DNA of 64,000 bases from Abditibacterium sp. (GTDB taxonomy: Bacteria; Armatimonadota; Abditibacteriia; Abditibacteriales; Abditibacteriaceae), in the NCBI GenBank assembly GCA_965199495.1, contig CBDASK010000003.1, positions 4,544,001 through 4,608,000 of the forward strand, in the 5' to 3' direction. This document shows positions 1 to 9,945 of this stretch, piece by piece. The notes below the pieces were generated by a model. It worked only from the letters and a program-made list of their open reading frames with translations. It made no database searches and was not told the DNA's origin. Position 1 is the stretch's first letter, and every line of letters starts with the position of its first letter. The position numbers and the translations under genes are program-made.

Positions 1-2292
1 GATATAACCGCCGAACGTTCCGCCGACCAAACCGATCATCGGAAGCGTGTGAATCGTGTTATCGTCGCTGCCCTTGAGCATGCCGGGACGCTCGCGCGGC
101 GGCAATTTTTTCATGCGCTCGCCATAAAGCCACGCGCCGTAAGTGCCCAACGCGGCGCCGACAATCATCGGCCCCAAACCTTTGTTGGCATAAGGCGCCA
201 GCGCCTGTCCCGACGAAGTGGCTCGGAGCAGCCACTTCGTCGTGTAATCGGGATTGACGCCATAATAGGCCAGCCGCAACGCCGCGCCGCCAATCGCGCC
301 CCAACAGATCGAAACGGCGATAGTTGTCGCCAAAGTCGCAAACGGCAAAACCACATTGTAGCGCACCGGCACGCGCAAACGCCCGCCGTTGGTATCGAGC
401 TGAATCAATCCATCGTAACTGCGCGCCGTGACGCTCGGCAGCGACGCGTCAACGGTAATTGGCAACGGCTGGCGGCCCTCGAACCGTTCGGGCGCCAAGA
501 TTCCGGCCAGCGACGGGCCGATATAAAGCGAGCCGCGCTGAGTGCCGCCGCGCTCGTCGGTCGGCACGATGTTGAGCATCATCTGCGCGCGTTTGCCGAC
601 TTCGATGTTGCCGAAATCCAAAACTTGCGGCTCAAACGTTAGTTCGAGCGGCACAACGGTATAAGAAACCGGAATGCGCGAGGTGCCGTTATCGGTCTGC
701 ACGGCGATGTGCGACGAATACGAACCGTTGGGCACGCGCGCCGTATCGAGGTTGACGATGATTTCCTGCTCGTTGCCCTGAAACCATTCGGGAATCGTGA
801 GGCCCGGCAACGACGAATCGTCGGCGCCCTGCCCGCCCGCCAAAATGTTGCCGACCGCCTTGGCCAATCCCGATTGCGCTTTGCGCGAAACCGGCACGCC
901 CAAATCGCCCCACAAAAGTCCCGGCCCGCCGTTTTTAATCGTGATCGTCGCCGTCTCGTGCGCGCCCGACGGCAGCGAGCCGAAATTCAGCGTCGCTGGT
1001 TCCCACTCGACGCGCGGCAAAATGTTCGATGTTCCCGTCGGATAAAGCGCGCGCCGAAACAGTTCGAGCGCGACCGGGCCGTTATCGGGATGATTTTTGG
1101 TGATGGTTTCCGCCGACTGCGCGGGCGCGGCAAAACCGTTTTGCAGCAGCCACGACGAAAACATACCGCCATACAAATACTTCGCCGATTCGGTCGGATG
1201 CGCGTCCAACAGGCGCGCCAAATCGGTCGCCGTGCGCGCTTTGCTGCCGTCGGCGAAAGTGAACGGCGGCAGACTTTGGCCGCCATCGTTGGGCCGCCGA
1301 ATCAAGTCTAAATCGGCGATAAAATCGTCCAAGTTTTGATAACGCAACGGCAGTTCGGGCGCGATGGCGACCAAAATTAAACGCTCGGTTTCGGGCGAAA
1401 CTTCGGGATTAAAGTAGCGCGGGTCGCGCTCGCGCATCTCACGCAGTTGCCGCAAATCCTGCGGGTCGCGCCCGCTCAGCAACCGGTAAAGCGTCATGCC
1501 CAGCGCGTGAATATCCGAGCGTTTTTCGGGCATTTCACGTTCGCGCGGGTTTTCGGGCGCGTAGCCCGCCGTGCCAAAACGCGCCGTGCCCGTTAAAGGC
1601 GCCGTGCCGTAGCCACCGGCTTCTTCAACCTTTTTTGTCAGGCCGAAATCTAATAAAACCGCCGCCTCGTCACTCGTGCGAATTTTGATGTTTTCCGGCT
1701 TAATATCGCGATGAATAATGCCGACGCGGTGCAGCGTGCGCACGGCTAAAGCGAGTTGATGAATCCATTCCAGAGCTTGCGCTTCTTCGAGCGGGCGCCC
1801 GGTTTCGGCCATTTTATTTTCGACGATTTCTTCCAACGTCGGCCCATCAACGAAGTCCATCATCAAGTAGAACCGCGTCGAAACCGGCAGCAAAGGCGCG
1901 CCGTGTTCGGGGCAAATGCTGGACTCGTCCCAGTTCAAACCGTCAATGGGACAGATGTGCCAATCGCCGTCTTCCTGATCGAAATAGGCCGCCGGAATGT
2001 TGGGATGGCGCAGCGTCGCCAGGTTGAGCGCCTCGCGTTTGAACAGGTCAACCGCCGCCGCGCGCTCGTCGCCCGGCGTGGCCGGGTTGTCGAGGACGTG
2101 CATCTCTTTGCACGCCAGCACGTTCCCGACGGCGGTATCGGTCACGCGATAGACCGAGCCGAAGTTGCCGCCACCCAAACGCTCGATGATGTCGTAGCGA
2201 TCTTTGATGCGGTCGCCGACGCGATGTTGTAAAAAACCGATTTCAGCGGCGAGCGCGGCGGAATTATCGGGCGACGAAAGAAGGGACACCAC
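1..2292 (-). CDS. Ser/Thr protein kinase (Hanks-type) with Ig-like repeats and C-terminal transmembrane region; 3' end runs off the window
   Basis: Missing from the ORF track; translated by hand from GTG at 2292 (or 2289). Motifs: LGGGNFGSVY (Gly loop), LACKEM, HPNIP, IIHRDIKPENI, LLDFGL, GTAGYAPE, SDIHALG. Then two 'P..L.FG' beta-sandwich repeats and hydrophobic helices. Frame is open to position 1. Confidence 0.9.
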   Translation of the reverse strand, partial: MVSLLSSPDNSAALAAEIGFLQHRVGDRIKDRYDIIERLGGGNFGSVYRVTDTAVGNVLACKEMHVLDNPATPGDERAAAVDLFKREALNLATLRHPNIPAAYFDQEDGDWHICPIDGLNWDESSICPEHGAPLLPVSTRFYLMMDFVDGPTLEEIVENKMAETGRPLEEAQALEWIHQLALAVRTLHRVGIIHRDIKPENIKIRTSDEAAVLLDFGLTKKVEEAGGYGTAPLTGTARFGTAGYAPENPREREMPEKRSDIHALGMTLYRLLSGRDPQDLRQLREMRERDPRYFNPEVSPETERLILVAIAPELPLRYQNLDDFIADLDLIRRPNDGGQSLPPFTFADGSKARTATDLARLLDAHPTESAKYLYGGMFSSWLLQNGFAAPAQSAETITKNHPDNGPVALELFRRALYPTGTSNILPRVEWEPATLNFGSLPSGAHETATITIKNGGPGLLWGDLGVPVSRKAQSGLAKAVGNILAGGQGADDSSLPGLTIPEWFQGNEQEIIVNLDTARVPNGSYSSHIAVQTDNGTSRIPVSYTVVPLELTFEPQVLDFGNIEVGKRAQMMLNIVPTDERGGTQRGSLYIGPSLAGILAPERFEGRQPLPITVDASLPSVTARSYDGLIQLDTNGGRLRVPVRYNVVLPFATLATTIAVSICWGAIGGAALRLAYYGVNPDYTTKWLLRATSSGQALAPYANKGLGPMIVGAALGTYGAWLYGERMKKLPPRERPGMLKGSDDNTIHTLPMIGLVGGTFGGYI

Positions 2293-2384
2293 GAAAGTTT
2301 AGCTTTGTGGCGCGCGCGAGTGAAGACGAAAGGCGGGCGAAACGTGAAGAGTTTTTTGTCAATCGAACCGGTGAATGTCGCGCT

Positions 2385-5300
2385 TTATTCCCCGTAAATT
2401 TCGATCTCGGCCAAATCGAGCGACATCGGTTCTTCGTAAGTTTTGATGTCGCGCCGCGCCTCAATCGCGAATGGATCGGGAATCAGCCCGCGCGTCGCCC
2501 GCCGCACCGTGATGCGCACCGCCGTGGCTGTTATCGCCTGCGGCACCGAAACGATGTTAATCGCGCGGTCATGGCTCCACGAAGTGAGCGGCGTATCCAT
2601 CGCGCCGCCCAATTCCGAGTTGAGCACATCGGCTTTAACGCTGGCGAAAGTTTGCCATTTGCCATTGGTTTCAATTTCGACATCGTAATCCAATAAAGCG
2701 CAATGTTGATTATCGGCCCGAATGCCTTTAAGCAAAATCGTGCGCACTTTTTGCGGCGCATTCCAGCGCGCCGTCACAACCGCCGGTTTAATGTTATCGT
2801 CTCCAACGGGCGCCATAGTGTCGCGGAAAATTTGGCCCGCATTGGTATCGGAAGGCGGCAAATTGTAGCCCGGCTCGAAATAATGAATGGATTGCAGCAA
2901 ACCATCGCTGAGCGCGCCGATGTTGCGCGCGCCCGGCGCCACGAACGTCGCCTCGCGCGCGAGATTGCGCCCCAAATCGAGCGCAACTGGCGTCAGTTTC
3001 ACGCCGCGCGGCAGACGCACGTAAGTTGGCAAACTCTGCAATCCGAGCGTGACGCGATTATTTTCGACGGACATATTGCGTTCGTTGCCCCACGCGTCAA
3101 CGATTTGTAAATTGCGCGCGTTGACGTTAAATTCGCGCGCTAATCCTAATTTCCCAGCGTTCGCGACATCGCCAGCGCGCAGCGAAACCACACTTTGTCC
3201 GTCGTTGCCATCGAAGCGCAGACCGGTAAACAGCGCGTTGCCGGTCGCGCCAAAGTCGAGGGCGCCCGCGAATTTCAAATCGCGCGTCATCGCGTAACGC
3301 GTTCGCGCGACGAGCGACAAAGCCATCGGCCCCTGATAAGTCCACGCGTAAGACGGCACTTTTCCGTACCCGCGCGGGTTGAGATAGAAGAACATATCGC
3401 GCTCGATGGGAATGCCGAATCGCTCGAAAACGTCCCGATCCGAAACCCAGCGCTCGGCCTGAATATCGGGCCAAATCACGCTCGCCCGTTGCGCGGCGAT
3501 GGCGTGTTCGCCCTGCCAGAGCGGAATGTCGCCTTTGCCGAACTGTTTTAATAGCGCGCGCATCGCCGTCAGTTTGGCGCGCAAGTAATTGGGGTCGGTG
3601 CTTTCGTGGCCTTCGTAGGCGTGAAAACTCCATTCGTCAATGGAATCGCCACCGCCCGCCTGCAAAAACTGCTTCATCCAACCCAGCCGAATCTGCACCG
3701 TCGCCGGGCCAAGCACGCGCGCCTGCGGATCGGCGGCGCGCAACGCAGCCACGGCGGGCCGAATCAAATTGACGTATTCGTCCGGCTTCATCTTCAAATC
3801 CGGCTCGTTGATAAATTCGTAATATTTAACGCGTCCCTTGAACTGCGTCGCGACTTTAGTCACCCAAGCGGGAGTTACGTCTTTCGGCTCCACGAACTGC
3901 AACCAAACATTGGCGCCATATTGTTTGGCGAGCGGAATCGCTTTTTCGTCAATCGCCAGCCAATCTTCGCCAGTCGCGTCCAGACGAATCGCGGGCATTC
4001 CGACGAACATCTGGCGCGGCACATCGGCGCGCCTATCTAATCCAGCGACTTGCTCAAATTTCGGCAAATTGGCAAACGGCGGCGTCACGCCGCACAGAGC
4101 CACGGCGCGTTGCAACACGTTCGCGCCGCTCGAAATCGTCGCGGTAATTTGATACCAACCGAATTGCGGCGGCGTCCAATTGAAACTTTGCGCCACGCCG
4201 CGATTGCCGCTCAAATCAACTTTAAATTCGCCCTGACCGACGCTGTTTTTGTTGGCGTCGCGCGCGATCCAATTTACGTTTGCGCTGGCGATTGCGCGTT
4301 TGGCGACCGGCATTTTTAGCGTGAGCGGAAACGGTTTCAAATCGTAAGCGATATTCCCGGCGAGCGACGATTCGAGCGTCGCGCTGTCGCCGGTGGCTGG
4401 TGCGGCTGGCGCATTGGGCGCGTTGGGCGCAAACGCATCGGAAGCCAAACGCGCGAGTATCGGGCGCGAAGCATCGGATTGGTTGCCCTGCGGCATATTG
4501 AAATCGGCGACCCAAACGCGGTTTTGCCCGTCAACGCGCACGGTCTGCACTTGATTAAAAGTCGCGCCCTGCCCAATCGAAGCGGGCCGCGTCGTCAATT
4601 TTCCGTTGGGCGCGCGACGCACAATCGTATTAGCGTCCATGCCAATCAAAGTGCCGTCACTTTGCAGCGCGAGCGCGTCGAACCATTCGCTGCCATCGCC
4701 TTTGCGCGCATTGGTTCCGGCGCCAATGGTTTGCTTGAGTTGTCCTTTTTGATCGAATTGATAAACCTGATTCGTCCACGCGACGATCCAGAAATTGCCT
4801 TTCTCGTCGGTCGCCAAATCGCGAACGCGCGTGAGAGGTTGACTGAGTTTAATTTCGCGCGATTTGTCGCCGTTAATCAGGACGATTTTATCGGCGCCCT
4901 CGCGAATCGAGCCGCTCGTCACCGCCATGCCATTTTGAGTAGCCGACAAACCGAGGGCGAACGGCACGTCCCAAGTTTTGATCCATTTCCCCTGCGAACT
5001 GTAAGCGGCCACGCGACTTTCGTCCCAGAACGTGACGTAAACATTCCCGCTCGCATCGGCAGCCACGCGGAATGGCGAACTTTGGCCTTCGATGGGAAAT
5101 TGGCTCAACGGTTTGCCATCGGCGCTCAAATGTTGCACGCGATTGTTGCCGGGCACAAAATCGTTGCCGCGTTTTTTGCCGGGGCCTTCGAGCGTCCAAA
5201 TCGTGCCATCGGGAGCGAACGAAAAATCGCGCAAATCGGCGAATTGGCCGGGCGCATCGCCTTTGCCGCCAACGCGCAATTCGGGATAAACGGCGTTAGC

Positions 5301-5414
5301 AACAACGACGTTTGGCGCCGGAGTCTGGGCTTGGGCGGGAATTTGGGCGCGCGAGCAACCGGTGAAAATCGGTAAAACGGCGAGCACGGCGTAGCGAGAC
5401 AATCGAAGCGACAT
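2385..5414 (-). CDS. Lipoprotein with N-terminal NHL beta-propeller, clan GH-A-like glycoside hydrolase domain and C-terminal discoidin/F5-8-like domain
   Basis: Lipobox-like FTGC. NHL-like repeats (GQFADLRDFSFAPDGTIW, PFRVAADASGNVYV). YYEFINEPD acid/base-like and LWQGEH nucleophile-like motifs. C-terminal beta-sandwich. Confidence 0.65.
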   Translation of the reverse strand: MSLRLSRYAVLAVLPIFTGCSRAQIPAQAQTPAPNVVVANAVYPELRVGGKGDAPGQFADLRDFSFAPDGTIWTLEGPGKKRGNDFVPGNNRVQHLSADGKPLSQFPIEGQSSPFRVAADASGNVYVTFWDESRVAAYSSQGKWIKTWDVPFALGLSATQNGMAVTSGSIREGADKIVLINGDKSREIKLSQPLTRVRDLATDEKGNFWIVAWTNQVYQFDQKGQLKQTIGAGTNARKGDGSEWFDALALQSDGTLIGMDANTIVRRAPNGKLTTRPASIGQGATFNQVQTVRVDGQNRVWVADFNMPQGNQSDASRPILARLASDAFAPNAPNAPAAPATGDSATLESSLAGNIAYDLKPFPLTLKMPVAKRAIASANVNWIARDANKNSVGQGEFKVDLSGNRGVAQSFNWTPPQFGWYQITATISSGANVLQRAVALCGVTPPFANLPKFEQVAGLDRRADVPRQMFVGMPAIRLDATGEDWLAIDEKAIPLAKQYGANVWLQFVEPKDVTPAWVTKVATQFKGRVKYYEFINEPDLKMKPDEYVNLIRPAVAALRAADPQARVLGPATVQIRLGWMKQFLQAGGGDSIDEWSFHAYEGHESTDPNYLRAKLTAMRALLKQFGKGDIPLWQGEHAIAAQRASVIWPDIQAERWVSDRDVFERFGIPIERDMFFYLNPRGYGKVPSYAWTYQGPMALSLVARTRYAMTRDLKFAGALDFGATGNALFTGLRFDGNDGQSVVSLRAGDVANAGKLGLAREFNVNARNLQIVDAWGNERNMSVENNRVTLGLQSLPTYVRLPRGVKLTPVALDLGRNLAREATFVAPGARNIGALSDGLLQSIHYFEPGYNLPPSDTNAGQIFRDTMAPVGDDNIKPAVVTARWNAPQKVRTILLKGIRADNQHCALLDYDVEIETNGKWQTFASVKADVLNSELGGAMDTPLTSWSHDRAINIVSVPQAITATAVRITVRRATRGLIPDPFAIEARRDIKTYEEPMSLDLAEIEIYGE

Positions 5415-5477
5415 AAAGAAGTTGGGACGAGCGTTTGCCGCAATTGTTGCGCGAAGAAACGATAATGCGACACGGCA

Positions 5478-5510
5478 AAACCGCCGATTTCATCGAGAAA
5501 TCGGCGGTTT
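5478..5510 (-). terminator. Probable intrinsic terminator downstream of the DUF5693 gene
   Basis: AAACCGCCGATTTC / GAAATCGGCGGTTT inverted repeat between genes. Confidence 0.55.
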
Positions 5511-5543
5511 GTTTCTGTCAAGCGAATGCGGAAGAGGGAATAA

Positions 5544-7736
5544 TCAGCTTCTAACAACCGATTCCTGAATCGCAATTCCTTCGCCGTGGCTGTGACCATT
5601 GAGCGCGCCCGCGTTGTTTTTGCGCGTTTGGAAGCGTCCGCCGAGCCAATTCAAAACCCACAGCGCGAACGCGCCGACGGCGCCGCCGATGACGATGCCC
5701 GCCAAAGAGCGCCAAATGTCAAAAAAGACCGGCGTGTGAATGTGGCACATCGTGTTGACGATGTCGGATTGGCCGATTGTCGCCAAAACCAGCACGCCCA
5801 GCGCGATGGCTTTGCGGTCGCGCAGCATGAACCACAGCGAAATGATGAACGCCGGATGGCCCATGAAAATTTCTTTGGTGCGCGGGCGCGTCACGAAAAC
5901 GCGCTCCAAAACCGCGCGCATTTTGAGTTCGATGGGCGAAATTTCCATGCCCGATTCGTTGCCAAAACGCGCCATCCAAATGTAGCCAACCGCTAAAATT
6001 ATGATAGACAAAACCGCCGTTTGCACTGTAAAAGGCCGATCAATGGCGCGCCGAAAACGCGTTTTCATTAACGCCAGACCGGGCGCGGCGCCATCTTGAA
6101 TCACGCGATGCGGGAACAGTTCGCCCAGAAACGCGAGCGGAATTAAGATTAAAGGCACGAACTGCGTGGCTTTTTCACCCAGAAATTCGTCGGCCTTGGA
6201 CAGGTAACGCCACTCGTTGAGCAATGATACGATGTGCAGCGACAGCAACAGCGAGAGCAGCGAAGTGCCCAGCAAAATGCCGAAGCCAAACCACGCGGTT
6301 TGCCCGATGCTGTCGTTTTTCGGCTTGCGAAACCCGTCCCAAATCGCGGGCAAGCCGCCCCACAGCATCGCGACAATCGAAGCGCAAATGCCAGCTTCCA
6401 TGCCCATGATCTGCGCGCCTTTGCCCTGCGACAAACTCAATGCGGCGACAATGATTAAACCGGCGATGAGCCAGTTGCGGCGCCCGGCGGCGCTCCAATC
6501 GTGAAAAAGATAGACCAGCAAAAGCGTCATGCCGACGGTGCCGACGCCGCTCAAAAATAGCATCAGATAATTGATGATGCGCGCGCCCTTTTCGCCAAAG
6601 TTTGGTTCCAGATACGAAGTCGGATAATTGCCAAACGCCTGCGCCGCGCCCAGAGTTGGCGCCGGTCGCAAGAAGCCACCGACCAAAGGCGGTCGCACCA
6701 AATCTTCGCTGACGCGCTGCATGAAGTCCAAATTCTGTTGATACGGCGTCATTTTCAATTCGATGGGCGCGCTCAAATCGCCCGGTTTCACCGGAATCGG
6801 TTCGCCCTTTTCCTGGCGCATCAAACGAATATAAAGCACGCGCATATCGCGTTCGCGCGCCGCGCGCACGAAACGCTCGACCAGAACTTCGGGATCGGCG
6901 CGCGCGGCTTCGTCGCCGTTGACGGTATGAAGCCGCGCCAAATCGCCCTGAGTGTCCATCGCGAAATCGCGAGTGCCGCGCTGTTTGGAAAACTCGATCA
7001 GCGTGTAAATCAACTTGCGCGCGCGCATTTCGCGCGCGACCGAACTCATCAACGAATCGTAGCCCAACACTTCGTCGTCGGGGAAAACTACGACTTTAGC
7101 GCCGGTTTTCTCGATGTCGTCGAACGTTTGCTTCAAACGCGCGGGCGTCAGGTTCAGCGAATTGGAAACGCGCGCTGTGGGAATGTAGCCGTTGTCGTGG
7201 ACGAACTTGATTTGCTGCGGGTCGAAGCCCATCGAAGCGTCGTTGAACAATTGCTTGGAGGCCGTTACCGCGATGAGCGAACGTCCATCCGCTTGCAACT
7301 GTAACGGCGGCGTGGCTGCTAACGACTGGTCTTTGATGCGCCCGAAAATTTGAGTCATCAACGCGGCGTCATCCGAATTGATGACGTAGCGATAAGCGGC
7401 GGGCACTTGAGTCCAATTGACGCCCGGATAAATTTTTTCGGCGGATTCGCGCGGCGAAATCGCGATGCGCGCGTTATCGCGCATCGTGCTCAATGTCTGG
7501 TTATAAATCGCCAGCGAAGTCGCGCCGCGCTTTTTGAAATCGGCCAGCAACTGCTTTTGCGAAATGCCATAAGCATCGGCCATCGAAGCGGTGTCTTCGT
7601 AATCGAGCGTGATTTGCGTGGAAAGCTGGCGATTTTCGTAATAAGCACGAAAAATCGTCCAAAACAGGCCATTGAAAACGCCGATGGCGACTAAAATCCA
7701 GGCCAGACGGAAACGGGGATGAGTGAAAGTATTCAA
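5544..7736 (-). CDS. DUF5693-family membrane protein
   Basis: N-terminal TM helix, periplasmic region with RFVRAARERDMR, many C-terminal TM helices with RPRTKE and NTMCHIHTP motifs typical of DUF5693. Confidence 0.8.
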   Translation of the reverse strand: MNTFTHPRFRLAWILVAIGVFNGLFWTIFRAYYENRQLSTQITLDYEDTASMADAYGISQKQLLADFKKRGATSLAIYNQTLSTMRDNARIAISPRESAEKIYPGVNWTQVPAAYRYVINSDDAALMTQIFGRIKDQSLAATPPLQLQADGRSLIAVTASKQLFNDASMGFDPQQIKFVHDNGYIPTARVSNSLNLTPARLKQTFDDIEKTGAKVVVFPDDEVLGYDSLMSSVAREMRARKLIYTLIEFSKQRGTRDFAMDTQGDLARLHTVNGDEAARADPEVLVERFVRAARERDMRVLYIRLMRQEKGEPIPVKPGDLSAPIELKMTPYQQNLDFMQRVSEDLVRPPLVGGFLRPAPTLGAAQAFGNYPTSYLEPNFGEKGARIINYLMLFLSGVGTVGMTLLLVYLFHDWSAAGRRNWLIAGLIIVAALSLSQGKGAQIMGMEAGICASIVAMLWGGLPAIWDGFRKPKNDSIGQTAWFGFGILLGTSLLSLLLSLHIVSLLNEWRYLSKADEFLGEKATQFVPLILIPLAFLGELFPHRVIQDGAAPGLALMKTRFRRAIDRPFTVQTAVLSIIILAVGYIWMARFGNESGMEISPIELKMRAVLERVFVTRPRTKEIFMGHPAFIISLWFMLRDRKAIALGVLVLATIGQSDIVNTMCHIHTPVFFDIWRSLAGIVIGGAVGAFALWVLNWLGGRFQTRKNNAGALNGHSHGEGIAIQESVVRS

Positions 7737-7789
7737 AACGGGGCGACCTTGCGAATATGCCAGTATAAAGGCGCCTCACAATTTGGCGC

Positions 7790-7823
7790 AAAAACGGGCG
7801 CGCGTCAATTGACGCGCGCCCGT
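7790..7823 (-). terminator. Probable intrinsic terminator of the sigma-70 gene
   Basis: Perfect 30-bp palindrome ACGGGCGCGCGTCAATTGACGCGCGCCCGT followed by a T-run on the minus strand. Confidence 0.55.
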
Positions 7824-7879
7824 CGGCGGTGAAGAACGGTTGAAAGAGGAGGACTTGTTCGGCGAATGTTTTGGTGCTT

Positions 7880-7943
7880 CCGTAGGGGCTTGCCGCGCAA
7901 GCCCACCTCCTCTGTTGTGGACTTGCGCGGCAAGCCCCTACGG
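7880..7943. repeat. REP doublet (REPIN-like, GTAG-ended)
   Basis: CCGTAGGGGCTTGCCGCGCAAGCCC ... GGACTTGCGCGGCAAGCCCCTACGG; each arm is itself a short hairpin. Confidence 0.7.
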
Positions 7944-7973
7944 TTGATTACGGGCAATGTAATAAGAATCCAA

Positions 7974-9230
7974 TTAATCTTCGTCCTCATCGCTCCCACT
8001 GAGCAATTTGTCCAAACCGGCGCCCTTGGCTTTGCTACGCAAATGCCGTAGCGCGCGCAATTCCAATTCATTGATGCGGTCGCGCGATAAACCCAACGCC
8101 TTGGCGACATCTTCGCTCGAAAGCGAACCGGCGTTGGCGTAATTGCCCAGACCGAATCGCATCGAAATCACGTCTTGTTCGCGCTCGCTCAAACCTTCGA
8201 GCAACTTGTTGACGCCCGACGCGACTTCGCGTTTGGCGGCGGCATCGGCGACGACTTCGACATCGTCTTCGGTCAACTGCTCGTTTAAATCGGCGCCGTC
8301 TTCGCCGCCGCCCGACGACAAATCGAGCGACAACGGCGACAATGCCGCGCGTTGCGCTTCCTCGATTTGAGCGACCGTTAAACCGCTCGCTTCGGCAATT
8401 TCTTCGCGCGTGGGCGAGCGATCCAACTTCTGTGACAATTCGCGTTGCGCCTTTTGCATCTTCTCGATGGCTTTATACAATTCGCCGCTCAGCTTCATCA
8501 TGCGCGAATGTTCGGTGATGGCGCGGTTCATCGCGCGCCGAATCCACCAGGTCGCATACGAGCCGAAAGTTTTGTTCGAGTCGGGCCGATAACGCTCGAC
8601 CGCATCAATCAAACCGATATTGCCTTCTTGCAGCAAATCGGTAATTGAAAGCGACGTGCGCGCCGCCGCCGCTTTGGCGATGTGAACGACCAAACGTAAA
8701 TTCGATTCGACCAAATCGTTGCGCGCTTTGGTCGCTTCGTCGGGCGCGCCGTGATGCGCAATCGCCGCCAGAGCGCGCTCGGTTTGCGCGTCCAAACGCG
8801 GCACGCGGCCCATGCGGTCGAGATAGATTTTGAGCGCGTCGTCCACCGGTTTCTGTGCGTCGTCAATGTCTTCGCCCGCGTAAAGCTCTTCTTCCTGCGC
8901 GATAAATTCGGCGACCGAACTCAAATCATCGTCTTTGCCGATGTTTTCTAAATCCGACAAAATCGCGTCCAAATCCGAATGCGCATCGTCGGTTTTCGGC
9001 TTATTTTTCTTAGCTTTTTTCGGTTGCGCGGGCGCTTCTTCGACCACGGGAATCGCGCGGCTTTCGAGCGCGCTCAGAATATCTTCGATGTCGGTCTCGT
9101 CGAGTTCGAGGTCAATTAATAAATCGTTGATCTGGGCAAACGAGATTTTTCCGTCGCGCGCGCCGCGTTCGATAAGGGCAGCCACGGCGGGCTGCTGCAA
9201 AAGTTCGTCGGGAGACTGTGTGTATGCCAT
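7974..9230 (-). CDS. RpoD/SigA-family sigma-70 factor (divergent paralog)
   Basis: Region 1.1-like N-terminus, region 1.2 DDALKIYLDRMG, region 2 NLRLVVHIAK...DLLQEGNIGLIDAVE...FGSYATWWIR, region 4 LSEREQDVISMRFGL. Confidence 0.9.
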   Translation of the reverse strand: MAYTQSPDELLQQPAVAALIERGARDGKISFAQINDLLIDLELDETDIEDILSALESRAIPVVEEAPAQPKKAKKNKPKTDDAHSDLDAILSDLENIGKDDDLSSVAEFIAQEEELYAGEDIDDAQKPVDDALKIYLDRMGRVPRLDAQTERALAAIAHHGAPDEATKARNDLVESNLRLVVHIAKAAAARTSLSITDLLQEGNIGLIDAVERYRPDSNKTFGSYATWWIRRAMNRAITEHSRMMKLSGELYKAIEKMQKAQRELSQKLDRSPTREEIAEASGLTVAQIEEAQRAALSPLSLDLSSGGGEDGADLNEQLTEDDVEVVADAAAKREVASGVNKLLEGLSEREQDVISMRFGLGNYANAGSLSSEDVAKALGLSRDRINELELRALRHLRSKAKGAGLDKLLSGSDEDED

Positions 9231-9281
9231 GTAAAATCGGAGGGTTACAGACGCAACAGTGCCGCAATCGTGCCGCAGTTT

Positions 9282-9429
9282 CAGGGAACAAGTGGCAGGG
9301 AGCAGGGAACACGGTTTTAAGTGAGTTATAACTTTGACGCGGTTTTAAGACGGGCAAAGGTGATTTCTGCCACGTAAACAACGCACTTCCATCAAACCTT
9401 GTCCCTTGCTCCCTTCCACTTGTTCCCTG
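9282..9429. repeat. Long intergenic inverted repeat built from degenerate 7-mers (AGGGA(A/G)CA)
   Basis: CAGGGAACAAGTGGCAGGGAGCAGGGAACACGGTTT pairs with AAACCTTGTCCCTTGCTCCCTTCCACTTGTTCCCTG. Confidence 0.75.
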
Positions 9430-9482
9430 GAGCCGTTACACTCAACGGTTGCTTTCTTTTGGGAAGAACTCTTAAATCACCT

Positions 9483-9866
9483 ATGCCTCTCGATAACTTG
9501 ACCGAACTGCGTCGCCGCGTGCCCGGCGGCAAATATAACTTGGCCCGCGCCGTGGCTGAGCGCGCGCGCCAACTGCAATCGGGCGAAAGCACGCCGCTCG
9601 TCGAAGTGAAATCGCCCAATCCGCTCAGCGTGGCCATCGAAGAAATCGTACAGGGCAAAATTTCGTTCACCGTCACCAAAGAGGGCGAAGTCGGCCACTC
9701 CGATTATGTGGACGAAAACGCCGAACTGCTCGCCGCCGATGCCGTGGACGAAGCGATTTTCGAGACGCCCGCCGAAGCCGAAGACGCCATCGCCGCCGAT
9801 GGCGAAGTCATGGACGACGTGCGCCAAACGCTCGAAGCCAACGCGCAAGCGACCGATAAAGCGTAA
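9483..9866 (+). CDS. rpoZ: RNA polymerase omega subunit with acidic C-terminal tail
   Basis: GKYNLARAVAERARQL...NPLSVAIEEIVQGKI motif; ATG at 9483. Confidence 0.9.
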   Translation: MPLDNLTELRRRVPGGKYNLARAVAERARQLQSGESTPLVEVKSPNPLSVAIEEIVQGKISFTVTKEGEVGHSDYVDENAELLAADAVDEAIFETPAEAEDAIAADGEVMDDVRQTLEANAQATDKA

Positions 9867-9880
9867 ATTTTCACGCGCGA

Positions 9881-9920
9881 AAAGCCCCGCCAACGATTAA
9901 GTTGGTGGGGCTTTTTTGTT
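9881..9920 (+). terminator. Intrinsic terminator, possibly bidirectional, between rpoZ and bioD
   Basis: AAAGCCCCGCCAAC...GTTGGTGGGGCTTTTTT hairpin plus U-tract. Confidence 0.8.
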
Positions 9921-9945
9921 TGAAATATTGAATCTAAATTTCTAA

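Noticed and set aside
49..2232. Plus-strand ORFs 49-642, 709-1311 and 1756-2232
   Set aside because: Antisense shadows of the minus-strand kinase gene; Arg-rich and without motifs.
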